In this document: in pieces, positions 61,125 through 64,000 of the stretch | Numbering within the stretch: position 1 is the stretch's first letter | Layout of the letters: every line of letters begins with the position of its first letter | Source of the DNA: Macrostomum lignano | Lineage: Eukaryota | Assembly: GCA_002269645.1 (NCBI GenBank) | Contig: NIVC01001381.1 | Location: 1-64,000, forward strand | Direction of reading: 5' to 3' | DNA: 64,000 nucleotides | Notes under the pieces: generated by a model | Told to the model about the DNA's origin: nothing | What the model saw: only the letters and a program-made list of their open reading frames with translations | Databases searched by the model: none | Translations under genes and position numbers: made by a program

Positions 61125-61345
61125 GGTGTCAGATTATACCTGTCGGGTGTCAGTCTGTATCTGTCAGGTGTCAGTCTGTATCTGTCAGGTGTCAGTCTGT
61201 ATCTGTCAGGTGTCAGTCTGTATCTGTCAGGTGTCAGTCTGTATCTGTCAGGTGTCAGTCTGTATCTGTCAGGTGTCAGTCTGTATCTGTCAGGTGTCAC
61301 TCTGTATCTGTCAGGTGTCAGTCTGTATCTGTCAGGTGTCAGGCT
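61125..61345. repeat. 21-bp minisatellite CTGTCAGGTGTCAGTCTGTAT, about 10 copies
   Basis: Period-21 array downstream of SAYSD1. Confidence 0.93.
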
Positions 61346-61579
61346 GTATCTAACGATGTCGGGTGTCAGACTGTTATTAGAGTCAGTGTTTATAATCTTA
61401 TAACTGATTTGCCAAGACAAATGCAGTCAATATAAAACAGTCTGATGTTCATTTCTGTGATAAGTTTAAATTTTTTGTTCCAAAGTGTTCCTTAGTGTAT
61501 ATTATATGTAAGTTCATTAGTTTTACGTGCCAATCAGCAGCTAAGTTATATATTTTAATCAAATTTCCTTTCTTGGCAA

Positions 61580-62500
61580 TACATTTGCTAACCATACTAC
61601 TTACGGCGCGCATGTTTTGTTGCCTTTCATTATTGTCGGATTTGTGACATTTTGTACATTATATTAATCAGATAAGATAATATGTAACATAGATGAATAC
61701 TTCAGTACTGATACCCCAGCGTCCCGTCAGTAAATTAAAGAACAAACGAAGCACCTTATCAACAAAAATTTGCTCCGAGATTTTCAATGGCTTTTTAATT
61801 ATTTTTTCTCAAAATTGTTGCTAAATTTTTCGATATATATTTTAACAAAAGCCACATTTTTGGTATATATATTACTTTGAGGATTAATTATTGTTAGTCA
61901 GATAAGTGAATGATAAATAATTCAGAGGAAATATTCCTAGTCTCAGATCAATTTGAAGAAAAGAAATCTTTTAAAAGTTCTGATACATGAAAAGTTAAAT
62001 AGAGTTAGAAAAGTAGGACAATCAGATACTAAGCTACTAATATATAAGTAGTATGATTTACTGACGGCGCACATGTTTTGTTTGCCTTTCATCATTGTCG
62101 AGTTGTGAATTTTTATACACAAAACTTTATGTTGTTCAGATAAGATATTACGAGCTATGTGCTTGAGTAAAATCAACAACAAACAAAATACTATTTGATC
62201 AATATCATTTTTGCTCCGAGATTTTCAATGGCTTTTCAGTTTTCACTTTTCAAAAGTTCTGAGTATCAAAAGCCACACTATAAAGAGAGTAGATTTATTA
62301 CTTTGAGGATCGATTTTTGTTACTCAGATAAGCTAATGATAAATAATTCAAAGTAAATATTCGACAGAAGTAGGATTTCGGGTTAGTACCCATATAAATT
62401 TGAAAAGAAAACACCTTTAAAAAATTCGCTGATAAAACTTAAGAACAGTTCAATTAGAGTTAAAAAGTAGGGTGGGTAATAAGCTACTAAGTAGTATCAA
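61580..62500. repeat. Diverged tandem duplication, two units of about 460 bp
   Basis: CGGCGC(G/A)CATGTTTTG at about 61604 and 62064; TTTGCTCCGAGATTTTCAATGGCTTTT at about 61770 and 62210; TAAGCTACTAA at about 62030 and 62479. Confidence 0.8.
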
Positions 62501-62968
62501 ATATTAGCGTTCCTTTTTTAAGGACTTTGTTAGCTCGTTTGTCAGTCGTAAATAGACGTGAAAACTGTAAAAACACATATTTGGCTTGACTAAACAACAA
62601 AATGTCATAGCATTACCCACGCCAAGGACTACGAGTACTAAAAAACTCAGGACGCTGAATTTAAACTTGGTAGGAACTTTTCTTTCAAGGCCCGCCAGAA
62701 AGCATTCTCTATAGTAAAAGTCTCCACTAGATGGCGATTTTATATGTGAATTGCAACGTTTGAAGTTGCGTTGCTTGTAGGACAGTGTATGTAAAGTCCT
62801 TGATTCAGGATTAAAGGGGTGGGTAACGGATTTCTCACTTCGCTCAGGGAAACAGATTGCCGCAGGCTGTCTATGGTAATTTGGCAAAGTTTTTTACTTG
62901 TTCTTGCATTCGCGAGGAAGATAAAGATAGATCATATGTAGATCTTCCTAACTGGCAGCCCTGGTCGA

Positions 62969-63712
62969 TCACGGCAGGCTGAACTTCACCCAGTCGGCGC
63001 TTGTCTCGATCTCCTCCTCCACCTGAGCGTCGGTGAACAGCAGCAGGCGGCAGGCTCTCAGCTTGCTGTTGTACAGCACGTGTCTGCAGCGGCTGTCTGG
63101 CTCGCGCATGGCGGCAGCCACGCAGTGCATCGGGCTCCGCACCTGCTGCAGGTCGGTGAAGCAGTACTGGGAGCTGGGGTTGAAGCTCGTGCGCTTGAAC
63201 GGAGTTCGCTTCCAGTCAGCTTCAGTGGCGCGGGTCAAAGTCGTCTCGGCATCAACAGCGAGTTCGCAGGCGTAGCCAAACAGATCAGAGCAGACTCTGT
63301 CCCCCATCAAGCCATTAGAAAATCTGCTGATGCAGTCTTGAGCCTGATCTCTGTTGTCAGGATCGTTGGCGCTCCACAGCGTATCATCCGTTGGCATCAG
63401 GCCCTTGGTGAGCACTCGCTGCCAGCCCGACCTGTTCACGTTTCTTTCATCAGCCAGGTCGGACACGCCGAGCCACATGAAGCACATGCAATTGAAGCTT
63501 GGCATACTGCTCATCAGTTTCAGTGAGCTGTGCGAGTTTATCAGTTCGCCTCCAATTAATTGGAATTGCTGAATAGCCGAGCACCAGCTGTGGCTTTGAG
63601 CTGTGCTCACAAACACGCACTTCCCAGCCTCGAGGTTGAACGGAGCGGGGCACAACTGAGCTCCAACAGTGAGCAGCAGCTTTGCCAGGGTCGTTAGGGT
63701 AACTAGCAGCAT
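62969..63712 (-). CDS. Secreted C-type lectin-like domain + PAN/apple protein, intronless, 247 aa
   Basis: Signal peptide; CP..F....GKCVF, GGEL, WLGVSD, WSANDPDN..QDC...DRVC....YACE (CTLD); C-terminal HCV...CRHVLYN...CRLL (PAN-like). Confidence 0.85.
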   Translation of the reverse strand: MLLVTLTTLAKLLLTVGAQLCPAPFNLEAGKCVFVSTAQSHSWCSAIQQFQLIGGELINSHSSLKLMSSMPSFNCMCFMWLGVSDLADERNVNRSGWQRVLTKGLMPTDDTLWSANDPDNRDQAQDCISRFSNGLMGDRVCSDLFGYACELAVDAETTLTRATEADWKRTPFKRTSFNPSSQYCFTDLQQVRSPMHCVAAAMREPDSRCRHVLYNSKLRACRLLLFTDAQVEEEIETSADWVKFSLP

Positions 63713-64000
63713 CTTTACAGCTCGGTTCTTAGTTAGTTATTGTAGTTGCTGTGCCTCAATTGCTGTGCAGCAATTTGAGGCAGGAATTCCGGAATTCTTG
63801 CTTCTAGTCTCTTCTTGTATAGTCGAGTCTTTCTAGTCTCTTAAGATTTTGGCTCCCCCTATATGCAAGTTCCCTCTCCGCCACCCCGCGTCCCTTGTAT
63901 CGATCCGTTTGGGTTAAAATGAAGTGGCATCGGCAACCCCGTGCGATGCTGCTTAGAGTCTGCAACTGAAGAAAGCACAAGAAATGGCCGGGTGCATAAA

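Overview
Eukaryotic (animal, probably invertebrate) genomic DNA with GC-rich exons, canonical GT-AG introns, AT-rich spacers and many minisatellites. The style resembles a free-living flatworm such as Macrostomum, but that is inference only. Eight host genes could be reconstructed by hand: the 5' part of an axonemal dynein heavy chain of the DNAH2 type (minus; three apparent -1 frameshifts), a laminin-EGF single-pass membrane protein (plus; 5' end not found), CRELD1-like (minus), an intronless SLC16/MCT transporter (minus), a secreted PAN/apple + F-type lectin (minus), a class VI POU transcription factor (plus), SAYSD1 (plus) and a secreted C-type lectin + PAN protein (minus). Mobile DNA comprises a decayed mariner interrupted by a long-TIR element with an 8-bp TSD, a Tc1-like DD37E element with an intact transposase ORF, a hAT-type MITE with an 8-bp TSD, two copies of a tRNA-derived SINE, a Gypsy 5' fragment with a tRNA-Ser PBS, and a Penelope-like 3' end with a GIY-YIG domain and a degenerate hammerhead-like motif. 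There is a 672-nt N gap. Most long ORFs in the supplied track outside these genes are artefacts of tandem repeats or antisense strands. I found no unambiguous new biological system. The best leads are minisatellite-filled introns, two differently ordered lectin-PAN fusions, the chimeric Penelope end, and CpG-free blocks.
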